Shown: positions 1 through 11,062 of the stretch, one piece after another
How the letters are laid out: each line of letters opens with the position of its first letter
Position numbering within the stretch: position 1 is the first letter of the stretch
Origin: Planctomycetota bacterium
GTDB taxonomy: Bacteria > Planctomycetota > B15-G4
Direction of reading: 5' to 3'
Length of the DNA: 60,389 bases
Assembly: GCA_038212275.1 (NCBI GenBank)
Contig: JBBQUR010000027.1
Coordinates: 1-60,389 of the forward strand
Notes under the pieces: generated by a model
The model's database searches: none
What the model saw: the letters and a program-made list of their open reading frames with translations, nothing else
What the model was told of the DNA's origin: nothing
Translations under genes and position numbers: made by a program

Positions 1-1280
<1,280 letters not shown>

Positions 1281-1389
1281 GATGTTTTTTAGTGCCTTTC
1301 TTGCTGGAAATCGTGGGAATGCGGCGCGCGAACACGCGCACCGCGCGGCGGGGTGAACCCGCCCGTCGGCTCGTCGTGCGGAGCCGGTG

Positions 1390-1719
1390 TCAGCTCACGA
1401 CGGCGAGGATCTCGTCCTCGCGGACGATGAGGTACTCGTTGCCCGCGTACTTGACCTCGGTGCCGGCGTACGACGAGAAGATCACGCGATCCTTCGGCTT
1501 GACCGCGACCGGGATGCGCTTGCCGTCCTCGGACAGGCGGCCCTCGCCGACGGCGATGACGATGCCCTCGCGCGGCTTCTCCTTGGCGCTGTCCGGCAGC
1601 ACGATGCCGCCCTTGGTCGTCTTCTGCGCCTCGAGGCGCTCGACGATCACGTTGTCGCCCAGGGGGGTGATGCTGTCCTTGCCGGACTTGGTCGGCTTGC
1701 TCTCGGTCTTGGTGGCCAT
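1390..1719 (-). CDS. groES: Co-chaperonin GroES
   Basis: PLGDNVIVE...[15 protein letters not shown]...VIAVGEG...YAGTEVK...EDEILAVV; directly upstream of groEL; ATG at 1719. Confidence 0.96.
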   Translation of the reverse strand: MATKTESKPTKSGKDSITPLGDNVIVERLEAQKTTKGGIVLPDSAKEKPREGIVIAVGEGRLSEDGKRIPVAVKPKDRVIFSSYAGTEVKYAGNEYLIVREDEILAVVS

Positions 1720-1808
1720 GTCTCGTGGTCCTTTCGTGACGCGTGGTGGAAAGAGGGATTGTCGAGGGAGCGCCGGGGCGCCCCTGCCCCGTGGGGCGAT
1801 GTCGATGC

Positions 1809-2243
1809 TCAGGAGCGGAAGCGCTCCGTCAGCAGGCGCTCGATGGCGAGGCGCATGTCGGCGGGCGCGAAGGGCTTGTCGAGGAACCAGCTGCCCGTGC
1901 TCGCGCAGAAGCTGCGGATCTCGGGCGTGGCTTCGCTGGACATGAAGATGGCCGCGAGGTTGCGCGGCTGCGGCGGTGTGGGCGCGCGGTCGGGACCCGC
2001 GATGAACGGGCCGCGCACGTATCGCTCGAACACCTCCATGCCGGTCATGTCCGGCATGTGGATGTCGAGGATCGAGAGGTCGATGCGCGTGCCGAGCAGG
2101 ATGCGCAGCGACTCGCTGCCCGTGGCCGCCAGGTGCACCTGGCACCCAAGGGGCGACACCAGCTCCGCGACGCACTCCCGCACCGACGAGTCGTCGTCGC
2201 CGATGAGCAGCGAGAGCGGGCGGTTGAAGCGGGGCGTGGTCAT
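1809..2243 (-). CDS. Single-domain response regulator (receiver)
   Basis: LLIGDDD...[10 protein letters not shown]...FMSS...FLDKPF receiver motifs; no output domain. Confidence 0.88.
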   Translation of the reverse strand: MTTPRFNRPLSLLIGDDDSSVRECVAELVSPLGCQVHLAATGSESLRILLGTRIDLSILDIHMPDMTGMEVFERYVRGPFIAGPDRAPTPPQPRNLAAIFMSSEATPEIRSFCASTGSWFLDKPFAPADMRLAIERLLTERFRS

Positions 2244-2311
2244 GATGCTCGGATCGGTGGGCGGATCGGCCTGCTGCGACGCGGGGACGCACCGCAGGGT
2301 GCCGGTGGAAG

Positions 2312-2328
2312 AGCAAACCCGGTGCCAA
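2312..2328 (-). promoter_or_regulatory. Putative sigma54 -24/-12 promoter for response regulator-groES-groEL
   Basis: Minus strand TTGGCACCGGGTTTGCT matches TGGCAC-N5-TTGC with exact GG-N10-GC spacing, ~70 bp upstream of the ATG. Confidence 0.72.
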
Positions 2329-2590
2329 AGGGGCCCACGGGCCCGTCACCCCGGCCGGCTGACGGGCCGCGGGACCCGCGCGCCAGACCTGCCATCTGCC
2401 CCGCCCGGGCCGTTCGCGCCGCTCCGGCGCACTCGGCGTCTCTCGGCCGGGCCCGCGCGACCGCATCGCCTGGCCGCTCAGCCCCGGGATTTCCGCACGA
2501 ATCGCACGGCTCTCGGGCCGTCGCGGGCTGGCATGCTCTGCCACATTGGCGCGCGCCAGCCCGCCTCCCCACCAAGGCACTGATGCCGAA

Positions 2591-3421
2591 ATGACAGCGC
2601 CCCGCACACCCCCCGAAGACCCGGACGCACCCCGGCCCGCCACGGCTCTGCAGGCCCGGCTGCTCGCCGTGCGCCTCTATCTCATCGCGACCTTTCCCAC
2701 GGACGAGGGCGGCGACGCTGCGCTCGACGCAGACCCTCCCGTGCCGGAGGGCCTCGCCTCACCCTTTGCAAACCGCGGCCCGCGGGCCGGGACGCCGCTG
2801 CATCCCGACGACCTCCCCGCCGAGAGCGTGCGCTGGACGTGGCGCGTGGCCGATGCGGTGCGCGGCGGTGCCGGCGCCGTGCAGGTGCGCGTGAAGTCCG
2901 CGACCGGCACCGCGCTGCGCCGCGAGCTGCTGCGCCGCCTGCGCGCCGTGCTGCCGCCGCAGACGCTGCTGCTCGTCAACGACGACCCCGAGGCGGTTCA
3001 CGACGAGCGCGGGGCGCAGCTTGCCGATGGCCTGCACCTGGGCCGCGAGGATGCGACTGCGCACGGCGGCCTGCTGCGCGTGCGCCGGCGATTCGGCGCG
3101 AACGTGCTGCTCGGCACGTCGACGCGCACGCTGAAGGAAGTCGCTGCGGCACGCGACGCCGGCGCCGACCACGCAGGCTTCGGCGCGATGTGCGCCAGCG
3201 CGACGAAGTCGGATACGCAGCTCGCGGATCCCGCGGAGCTGACGCGCGCGCTGAAGCGCCTCGGGGACTTTCCGCTCTTTCCGATCGGCGGGCTCGGGCC
3301 GGCAACACTGGAGCTGGTGCGTCGCGCAGGTGGCCGACGCGCGGCGATCGGCAGCGCGATCCTCGACGCGCCGGATCCGGCCGCCGCCGCGCGGGCGTGC
3401 CTCAAGGCGCTGGGTCCCTGA
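2591..3421 (+). CDS. thiE: Thiamine phosphate synthase (ThiE/TenI family)
   Basis: [48 protein letters not shown] motifs; N-terminal insertion. Confidence 0.8.
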   Translation: MTAPRTPPEDPDAPRPATALQARLLAVRLYLIATFPTDEGGDAALDADPPVPEGLASPFANRGPRAGTPLHPDDLPAESVRWTWRVADAVRGGAGAVQVRVKSATGTALRRELLRRLRAVLPPQTLLLVNDDPEAVHDERGAQLADGLHLGREDATAHGGLLRVRRRFGANVLLGTSTRTLKEVAAARDAGADHAGFGAMCASATKSDTQLADPAELTRALKRLGDFPLFPIGGLGPATLELVRRAGGRRAAIGSAILDAPDPAAAARACLKALGP

Positions 3422-3499
3422 GGATCGAGCGCAGCGCAAGCAGCACGCAGCCCGACCCGACCTGGCGCGGCCGCAGCAGAAGCTCGTGAGACATGCGGG

Positions 3500-4174
3500 C
3501 TACCGCTGCTGCGACACGGTGAGCACGAGGTCGGCGTCGCTCGCGATCTCACCCCACGTCAGGCCGCTGCGCGGATCGAGTTGCGCGCCGTAGAACGGCG
3601 ACTTCCGTACCGCCGCGTACGGTGTGACGACGTCCGCGCCGGCACCGAGCAGCGCCGCGGCCGAGCGCCCGGCGAGGTGGAGGTCGAACTCCGTGCCGGT
3701 GCCGCGGCGCCCGCGATCGTCCGCAGCCACCGTGGTCCAGAGCTGCGCGGACTGCAGCGAAAAACCGTGCAGCCGGAAGTCGTAGGCGGCGACGAGAAGT
3801 CGCTGCGCGGGGCTGCCCGGCGCGGGAGCCGAGCTCGGCCCCAGCACGATGAACGCCTCCAGCGTGACACCGTCCTCGAGCGGAAGGCTGGCCTGCTTGA
3901 CCACGCAGCCGTTGCCGATCGTCATGCCACCACCCGGCATCGCACCGGCTCCGCCGAGTGCGCTTGCGCCGCCTGGCACAGTCACGCCGCCAGGCCCCGG
4001 CGTGCCCCCCGCACCGCCCGCACCACGCACACTCGCCTCCGGCAACGCGGGCGAACCGGTCGCCATGAAGAGCGGGCCGTCCGGATCGACGGTGTGAGCC
4101 ACCAGCGCGACGACGCCGACGCCGCAGGCCGCCGCGAGCAGCGTGGTGAACACGATCGACTTCAGTCCGCTCAT
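3500..4174 (-). CDS. Hypothetical exported protein with Gly-rich linker
   Basis: Hydrophobic N-terminus, GGAGAG RBS, fills the gap between genes. Confidence 0.6.
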   Translation of the reverse strand: MSGLKSIVFTTLLAAACGVGVVALVAHTVDPDGPLFMATGSPALPEASVRGAGGAGGTPGPGGVTVPGGASALGGAGAMPGGGMTIGNGCVVKQASLPLEDGVTLEAFIVLGPSSAPAPGSPAQRLLVAAYDFRLHGFSLQSAQLWTTVAADDRGRRGTGTEFDLHLAGRSAAALLGAGADVVTPYAAVRKSPFYGAQLDPRSGLTWGEIASDADLVLTVSQQR

Positions 4175-4330
4175 GCCGCGCTCTCCGGAGTGAGCGCGTG
4201 GCGCGTCGAAGGCGCTGCGCTCACCGGCCCCCTAACATCGCGCATCGCACGCCACGCGTCCATGCCGACCCGATCGGCGCCCGCGTCGCACCGGAGCACC
4301 ACGACGCGGCGACTGCCCCCGCCTCCGGAC

Positions 4331-5293
4331 TCACGCGCGCCGCGCCCAGCGGGCTGCCAGCGCGCCGCACAGGACGAGCTGCAGCGGGTGGTAGATCATG
4401 AGCGGCAGCATGATGACGCTCAGCGCCGGGTTCCCGGCGAACAGGATCTGCGCCATCGGCACGCCCGAGGCCAGCGTCTTCTTGCTGCCGCAGAAGACCA
4501 CGGCCACGCGGTCGGCCTGCTCGAAACCCGCCGCGCGACAGATGCCGTTGACCAGCAGCAGCACCGTGAAGAAGAGCAGCCCGGCGCCGGCCAGGGTCGC
4601 GAGCAGCACGAGCGGGCCGTGCGTGGACCACGTGCGCTGCACGAACGAGTCGCAGAACGAGGTGTAGACCAGCACGAGGATCGTGAGCTTGTCCAGCGTG
4701 GCGAGGCGCTTGCGGTGCCGCGCGGCCCACGCGCCAAGCATCGGACGCGCCAGCTGCCCGAGCAGCAGCGGCAGCAGCAACCACTGCGCCAGCTCGAGCA
4801 TGACGCGCCCCACCGGCAGCGACTCGGCGCTGCCGGCCAGCGCGATGCCCATCCAGAGCGGCGTGAGGAAGACGCCGAGCAGGCTCGAAAGCGTCGCGTT
4901 GAAGACCGCCGCCGGCACGTTGCCTCGCGCCGCGGCCGTCAGCGCCACGGACGACGACACGGTGGACGGCAGCGCGCAGAGGAAGAAGAAGCCGAGACGC
5001 AACTCCGGCGGCAGTCCGTCGCCGACGAGCGCGAGCCCGGCCAGCCCGAGCAGCGGAAACAGCAGGAAGGTGCAGGACTGGATGACGACGTGCAGCGGCC
5101 AGCGCAGCGTGCCGGCCTTCAAGGCGGCGAACGACAGCAGCAGGCCGTGCACGAAGAAGATGAGCGCGACGCCCAGCCGGTTGAGCAGCTCCGGATGCAG
5201 TGCGCCGCCGTGCGCGCCCGGCCCGGGCGCCAGCCACGCGAGGCCGACGGCCAGCGCGAGTCCGAGAAGGAACCAGTCGAGGCCCAGCTTCAT
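4331..5293 (-). CDS. Bile acid:sodium symporter family (SBF-like/YfeH) transporter
   Basis: Multi-TM; IFFVHGL, LPSTVSSSV, FCGSKKTLASGVPM, PLMIYHPLQL motifs. Confidence 0.9.
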   Translation of the reverse strand: MKLGLDWFLLGLALAVGLAWLAPGPGAHGGALHPELLNRLGVALIFFVHGLLLSFAALKAGTLRWPLHVVIQSCTFLLFPLLGLAGLALVGDGLPPELRLGFFFLCALPSTVSSSVALTAAARGNVPAAVFNATLSSLLGVFLTPLWMGIALAGSAESLPVGRVMLELAQWLLLPLLLGQLARPMLGAWAARHRKRLATLDKLTILVLVYTSFCDSFVQRTWSTHGPLVLLATLAGAGLLFFTVLLLVNGICRAAGFEQADRVAVVFCGSKKTLASGVPMAQILFAGNPALSVIMLPLMIYHPLQLVLCGALAARWARRA

Positions 5294-5496
5294 GCGTGCG
5301 GGCAGCTCCCGGCGCCCGGCGGCATGCTAACCGGCGGCCGCGCGGCCCGACACGCCCGGCTCCGTCAGTGCGCCGTCGGTGTGCCACCACTGCGCTGCTC
5401 TTCCGCGGCACGACGACGGGACGGTGCGACGACGTGCCGGTGCGACGGTGCGGTTACGGCGCAGTGGCGTGGCAACGAGTTGGTGCGACGACGGAT

Positions 5497-5573
5497 TGAT
5501 CTTGCCCCGTTTGCGGAACGCCCTGAGAGGAGATGCTCCGAGAAGGAGTGCCCATCAATCGAGGGCAAGATCA
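5497..5573. mobile_element. 77-bp IS3-family-like ends-only element (MITE or remnant)
   Basis: TGATCTTGCCC...GGGCAAGATCA perfect 11-bp terminal IR extending imperfectly to ~25 bp; TG...CA termini; no ORF; no clear TSD. Confidence 0.6.
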
Positions 5574-5828
5574 CTGAAGGCTTCTCTCGTGGCTTCAGTC
5601 AATCATGGTGCAGCACGTCCAGCACGAAGTCGCGCTCGATCGCGCTTCCGGCGGTTGGCGATCACACTCACACCGATGACGGCAACTCGCGCTCGGCGCG
5701 TGGATGCGCCCGCCGTCGATGCGGAGCGCGCCCCACCGCGTGCCTGCGGTGGAGCGGCTCCGCTCGAGATCAACCGCGACCGCGACGCGGCGCCCCCCCA
5801 CGCGGAGGGGTCGCCGCGCCGCGCCGGT

Positions 5829-7553
5829 TCACGGCGTGATGGCCTTCAGTGCGTTGCTCAGCGCCACGCCCTGCACGGCCGCGACGTCTTGGACCGCGCA
5901 CTGGAAGTACAGCGACACGGCACTCGGCACGCCGGCCGGCCACGTGAAGGGCAGCACGATCGCGCCGCTGCCGTCCGTGGTCGTCGGCAGCGCCGCCGCG
6001 AGAGGCAGCGTCACCAGCACGCCGCCCTTGAAGGGCTGGGGCATGCTCGCCAGCGAGATGAAGAGCACCGCCGCCGAAGTGGGCTTTGCCGACGTCAGCG
6101 AGAGGTTGCCGGCGCTGCCCGCGGCCAGCGTCCCCGTGCCCGCGAGAGCCGGGACGCCGCTGGTGCCCGGCAGGCCCGAACCGAGGTCGCTCCAGGCCAG
6201 ACCGGAGGCGTCGATGTGCTGGTTCTCGAACACGCTGCCGCCCAGGTCAGCGTCGGTGAACGCGAAGACGTACACGACGCTGGGGCCGGCGATGTTCGGC
6301 ACGAAGTCGTTGTCGTTGGCGACATACAGGGTGTGGTTGGTCGTCCCGCCGATCTCGATGTCCGCACCGAAGGCAATGCCCTCGAGCTTGGCGGGCACTT
6401 CCGCCGCAACGATGCCGTGCGCGCCCAGAAGGGCCTTGAGGTCGAGGAAAAGGTGCTTGGTGACCGCGTAGGGCAGCAGGTTGGCCTCGCCGCTGATGCC
6501 CGCGCCGCCGTTGAGCGTGCCGATGTCCGTCGCACCCGCGAGGTCCACCCTGTAGATGCGCTTGACCACAGCATTGCTGCCGTCGCCCTTGCCCTTGCCG
6601 TCGCGCTCGACCACGAGGAACTCGTGGTTGTTCAGCGCGAGGATCTCGCTGCTGTTGTAGTTCTTGTTCGTGTCGGCAAGGTAGTTGTCGTAGACGTACT
6701 GGTGCACGCTGCCGTCCGCCACGTCGATCGTCACGATGCGGTTGGCGCGACCGCCGTCGCCGCCGTCCTGGATCAGGGGGCTCTGCTCGAAGCCCACGAG
6801 CATGCTGCCGTCGGGCGTGATGGCCAGGCCCTCCATGCCCTTGTTGGCGACGCGGCCGATGGTGTTGCCCGAGATCTCGGTGGCGCCCAGGCTGGAGAGG
6901 TTGGGGGCGGCGAAGTAGCCGGGCAGCGTGTAGGTGTGCAGCCGCTCGCCGGTGAGCCGGTCGAACTTGTAGACATACGGCCCGTATTCGTCGCTGATGT
7001 AGACGAATTTACCGTCGTTCGACACGCGCACGCCCTCGGGGTCCAGGCGCCCGTGGGTGTCGACGAGCGAATCGCCCGCGCCGAAGTTGTCCGAGCGGCC
7101 CGAGAAGTAGGACTTGCCGCCGCCGTTTTCCGACGGCGTGACCGCGCCGTAGCTCAGCGACCCGGTGCTGTAGAGCAGCGTCGTCTTCGAGAGCGTGGGC
7201 GTCAGCGTGAAGGGCAGTCCGCCCGAGGGCGTTTCCGTCAGCACGAGGTCGAGGGCGTGGAAGCGCGAGATGAAGCTCGTGGTGTTGTCGACTCCGGCGC
7301 CACCGGCCCAGGCGACGGCGTTCGGTCCGCGGTCGGGCAGAGCCAGAAATGTGGTCCCCCCGGCCCAGGCGAGGCCCGAACCGATCCCGCCGAACACGCT
7401 GGCGGGAAGACCGCTCTCCAGCGAGCCGGACAGACCGGACAGGTCCGTCGGCGGCGCGATCGCGCCGATGGCGATCAGGTCGGTGCCGGCGTGAGCCGCA
7501 GTAGCCGCAAGGGCGCCGGTGAACAGCGCGACAACCATTCGAAAACGATGCAT
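5829..7553 (-). CDS. Secreted phytase-like (esterase-like activity of phytase) protein with shared C-terminal domain
   Basis: Signal peptide; LPDRGPN, DPEG, ISDEYGP, NKGMEGL, ERD, KLEG, NDNDF motifs; C-terminal domain 5829-6194; GAGGAG RBS. Confidence 0.88.
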   Translation of the reverse strand: MHRFRMVVALFTGALAATAAHAGTDLIAIGAIAPPTDLSGLSGSLESGLPASVFGGIGSGLAWAGGTTFLALPDRGPNAVAWAGGAGVDNTTSFISRFHALDLVLTETPSGGLPFTLTPTLSKTTLLYSTGSLSYGAVTPSENGGGKSYFSGRSDNFGAGDSLVDTHGRLDPEGVRVSNDGKFVYISDEYGPYVYKFDRLTGERLHTYTLPGYFAAPNLSSLGATEISGNTIGRVANKGMEGLAITPDGSMLVGFEQSPLIQDGGDGGRANRIVTIDVADGSVHQYVYDNYLADTNKNYNSSEILALNNHEFLVVERDGKGKGDGSNAVVKRIYRVDLAGATDIGTLNGGAGISGEANLLPYAVTKHLFLDLKALLGAHGIVAAEVPAKLEGIAFGADIEIGGTTNHTLYVANDNDFVPNIAGPSVVYVFAFTDADLGGSVFENQHIDASGLAWSDLGSGLPGTSGVPALAGTGTLAAGSAGNLSLTSAKPTSAAVLFISLASMPQPFKGGVLVTLPLAAALPTTTDGSGAIVLPFTWPAGVPSAVSLYFQCAVQDVAAVQGVALSNALKAITP

Positions 7554-7776
7554 GGAAGAAACTCCTCGTGGAGAAAAAATGGAAGCGGGGAGGATTGAGA
7601 GCGCTGGTGAAGACTGAGGGCTGTTCCCACGAATTTCCGGTGTGGAGGCCGCAGCACACCGACGATTCACTCGCGCTTGACGCGCGTCTCACCGAGACAC
7701 TTCAGCCTGTCGTGACATTTCGTCCGCGAGTGCGCGGGCGGTGACATTTCACGACACGAACCATGGGAGATGCGCG

Positions 7777-10440
7777 GTGAAAGTTCATCCAGTCAGTCTC
7801 GCGATGCTTGCGATGCTCCTGTCAGCGGCCAGCGCCCAGGCCGCCGGCGACCTGTACTTCTCGGAATACGTCGAGGGCACCAGCAACAACAAGGCGCTCG
7901 AGATCTACAACGGCACGGGCGCCGGCGTCGATCTCTCGGCCTACCAGGTGCGCTACTACTTCAACGGCAGCGCGTCGGCCGGCACGACGATCAACCTCTC
8001 CGGCACGCTGGCCGACGGCGACGTCTTCGTGCTGGCACACGCCTCCGCCGAAGCCGCGATCCTCACGGTGGCAAACCAGACCTCCGCGGCGAGCTGGTAC
8101 AACGGCGACGACGCGATCGCGCTCGTGAAAAGCGGCGTCAACGTCGACGTCATCGGGCAGATCGGCTTCGACCCGGGAAGCGAGTGGGGCTCCGGCGACG
8201 CGAGCACTGCGGACAACACGCTGCGGCGCCTGCTCTCCGTCACTGGCGGCGACGGCAACGGCGGCGACGCATTCGTTCCGTCGGCGGAGTGGGCGGGATT
8301 CCCGACGAACACCTTCTCCGGGCTCGGTGCGTACCCGGACGGTGGCGTGGTGGCCATGGTGCTGACCATCCCCGAGATCCAGGGCGCGGGCCACGTGTCG
8401 CCCGTGAACGGCGAGCTGGTCGAGACGACGGGTGTCGTGACCGCCGTCGATTCCAACGGCTTCTACCTGCAGGACGCCGTCGGCGACGGCAACCCGGAGA
8501 CCTCGGACGGCCTCTTTGTTTTCACGTCTTCCGCGCCGGGAGTGTCGGTGGGCAACAGCGTCAAGGTCACAGCCTCGGTGTCCGAGTTCCAGCCGGGCGG
8601 CGCCTCCACGGGCAACCTCACGACGACGGAGCTGGGAGGCCCGACCGTCGAGCTGCTGCTCGCGTCGGTCGCGCTGCCGGCACCCGCGATCCTCGGCTCG
8701 GCGGGGAGCCTGCCGCCGGTGCTGACCATCGATGACGACAACTTCGCCGTCTTCGACCCGGCCTCGGACGGCATCGACTTCTACGAGGCGTTTGAAGGCA
8801 TGCGCGTGCAAGTGCAGTCGCCAGTGGCGGTGAGCTCACGCAACAAGTTCGGCGAAATCTACACGCTCACGGACGGCGGCGCTTTCGCGACGGGCCTCAA
8901 CGCGCGCTCGGGCATCACGATCACCGAGGCGGACGGCAACCCGGAGCGCATCCAGGTGCAGCTCGACGCGCAGATCCTGCCCGGCTTCGAGCCGCTGGTG
9001 AATACCGGCGACCTGCTCGGCGACATTGTCGGCGTGGTCAGCTACGACTTCGGCAACTTCGAGATCAAGCCGACGCAGCCCTTCGCGGTGAGCCCCACGG
9101 GCCTGCTGCCCGAGACGGCGGACGCCGTGCCGGCCGACGACCACCTCTCGATCGCGAGCTTCAACGTGCTGAATCTTGATCCGAAGATCGAGAGCCTTGC
9201 GTGGGTCAACAGCGCGGCGGACATCGATGACGACATCGGCGACCACCGCTTCGAGCGGCTCGGCGTGCAGATCGTCGCCAACCTGCTGTCACCCGACATC
9301 ATCGCGCTGCAGGAAGTGCAGGACAGCGACGGCGCCGAGCTGACCGGCGTCACCGACGCGAGCCTCACCTACCAGACGCTCGTCGCCGCCATCGAGGCCG
9401 CCGGTGGGCCGACCTACGAATACCGAGACATCCCGCCGGTAAACCTCGCCGACGGCGGCCAGCCCGGCGGCAACATCCGCGTGGGATTCCTCTTCAACCC
9501 GGCGCGCGTTTCCATCGACGAGTCGTCGCTCCAGAAGATCGTCGACCCGAACCTCGGCGACGGCGACGCCTTCGCGGACTCGCGCAAGCCGCTGGTGGCC
9601 GCCTTCGACTTTCAGGGCCGGCGCATCACGTTCATCGACAACCACTTCTCCTCGAAGGGCGGCAGCACGCCGCTCTTCGGGCTGGTGCAGCCGCCGGTCA
9701 ACGGCTCGGTGGCCAAGCGCGTGGCGCAGGCGCAGGTCGTGCACGACGTCGTCGCCGACCTGCTCGCCCTGGACCGCGACGCGAACGTCGTCGTCCTCGG
9801 CGACCTGAACGAGTTCGCGTTCAATGAGCCGCTCGCGGTGCTGAAGGGCGAGCCGACGCCGATCCTGTTCAACCTCACCGAGACGCTGCCCGAACTCGAG
9901 CGCTACAGCTACGTGTTCGACGGCAACGCGCAGAGCCTCGACCACATCCTGGTGAGCGCGTCGCTCGCGCCCATCGCGCAGGTCGACGCCGTGCACGTGA
10001 ACGCCGAGTTCCAGGAGCAGGCGAGCGACCACGACCCGCTGCTCGCGCGGCTCGCTTTCGCGCCGACCTGCCAGCCCGACCTCGGCTTTGGCGGCCCGGG
10101 TGCAGCGACACTCGCCGTGTGCGGAGATCCGCTCGGCCCGACGGGCATCGCAAACCTCGTGCTGTCCGGCCTGCCAGCGGGCACCGCGGGACTGCTGTTC
10201 TTCGGCCTGAACGCAGCGCCGCTCGCGACGCACGGCGGGCACTTCGTCCCGTTGCCGCTGCTCGGCAGCATCAGCCTGGTCGACGACGACCTCGATGGCG
10301 TCATCGACCTGCCGATTCCTGGAGTCCTGGTGGGTGTACCGGTCTCGGTCATCGTGCAGTTCGTTTATCCCGACGCGAGCCTGCAGCCGTTCGGCTTCGG
10401 CTTCTCGAACGCCCTCGGGATGGAGTTCCTTGGCGGCTGA
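7777..10440 (+). CDS. Secreted ExeM/NucH-like extracellular nuclease (lamin-tail + OB + EEP domains) with shared C-terminal domain
   Basis: FSEYVEGTSNNKALEIYNGTG (LTD), IPEIQG, GFYLQD, FNVLN, LQEVQD, NHFSSK, GDLNE, LDHILV, SDHDP; GTG start after GGGAGA. Confidence 0.92.
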   Translation: MKVHPVSLAMLAMLLSAASAQAAGDLYFSEYVEGTSNNKALEIYNGTGAGVDLSAYQVRYYFNGSASAGTTINLSGTLADGDVFVLAHASAEAAILTVANQTSAASWYNGDDAIALVKSGVNVDVIGQIGFDPGSEWGSGDASTADNTLRRLLSVTGGDGNGGDAFVPSAEWAGFPTNTFSGLGAYPDGGVVAMVLTIPEIQGAGHVSPVNGELVETTGVVTAVDSNGFYLQDAVGDGNPETSDGLFVFTSSAPGVSVGNSVKVTASVSEFQPGGASTGNLTTTELGGPTVELLLASVALPAPAILGSAGSLPPVLTIDDDNFAVFDPASDGIDFYEAFEGMRVQVQSPVAVSSRNKFGEIYTLTDGGAFATGLNARSGITITEADGNPERIQVQLDAQILPGFEPLVNTGDLLGDIVGVVSYDFGNFEIKPTQPFAVSPTGLLPETADAVPADDHLSIASFNVLNLDPKIESLAWVNSAADIDDDIGDHRFERLGVQIVANLLSPDIIALQEVQDSDGAELTGVTDASLTYQTLVAAIEAAGGPTYEYRDIPPVNLADGGQPGGNIRVGFLFNPARVSIDESSLQKIVDPNLGDGDAFADSRKPLVAAFDFQGRRITFIDNHFSSKGGSTPLFGLVQPPVNGSVAKRVAQAQVVHDVVADLLALDRDANVVVLGDLNEFAFNEPLAVLKGEPTPILFNLTETLPELERYSYVFDGNAQSLDHILVSASLAPIAQVDAVHVNAEFQEQASDHDPLLARLAFAPTCQPDLGFGGPGAATLAVCGDPLGPTGIANLVLSGLPAGTAGLLFFGLNAAPLATHGGHFVPLPLLGSISLVDDDLDGVIDLPIPGVLVGVPVSVIVQFVYPDASLQPFGFGFSNALGMEFLGG

Positions 10441-10463
10441 CGCCAGCGTTGCCGGTCATGCCC

Positions 10464-10514
10464 GTGAAGGGCCGGCGCCGCCCGAAGAGTGCGGCGCCGG
10501 CCCTTCACCTTTTC
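10464..10514 (+). terminator. Probable intrinsic terminator
   Basis: 18-bp perfect stem GTGAAGGGCCGGCGCCGC/GCGGCGCCGGCCCTTCAC followed by CTTTT, just after the nuclease stop. Confidence 0.75.
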
Positions 10515-10582
10515 GTGGCGCCGCGCTGCCGTGCGGCCGCTCGCCGAGGTCGCCTGTGAGGAGGCCGACGGCGGTCGTCCTG

Positions 10583-10612
10583 CTGATTCGCCTGAAGCTG
10601 ATTCGCCTGAAG
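10583..10612. repeat. Exact 15-bp tandem duplication
   Basis: CTGATTCGCCTGAAG x2. Confidence 0.9.
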
Positions 10613-11062
10613 ACCAGGACAGCGTGCCGATCGCCACACGAGAGTGAAAGTTACCTCCGGACGTTGCTGCGCGAGCAGGCGCGCAGCGGGCACGGGCGAG
10701 GCCCGGCCTGGCCGAAGCGGCCCGGCCTCGCCCGTGCCGCGCCTCGATGACTTGCTGCTCTTCATCACGACTAGTTCCAGGGATCTGCCCGGCTCAGGAG
10801 GCGGTGCTCTGCTCCATGCTCTGCACTTGGAAAGGCGAGGGATTTTCCTTACGCCTTACGAGGCCGGCCGCGAGGCCCCTGCGGCGCAGCACTCCTATCG
10901 TGCGACAGTGCGGCGGCGTGACTCCGGCACGTGGGCGCGCGGGGCGATTGTTAGACTCCGCGGCCTTCCTGCCGACCGCGACTCGACGCGCGCTTCGCAG
11001 GACGAGCCTCCGCAGCTCACGCACCTGAATAAATCGCCTCACTTGCCTCACTGGAGCACACC

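Noticed and set aside
2250..2590. TPP riboswitch before thiE or CIRCE before groESL
   Set aside because: No CTGAGA/ACCTGA core and no TTAGCACTC-N9-GAGTGCTAA match seen.
5494..5604. Integron attC site
   Set aside because: No RYYYAAC/GTTRRRY core sites and no integrase; IS3-type termini fit better.
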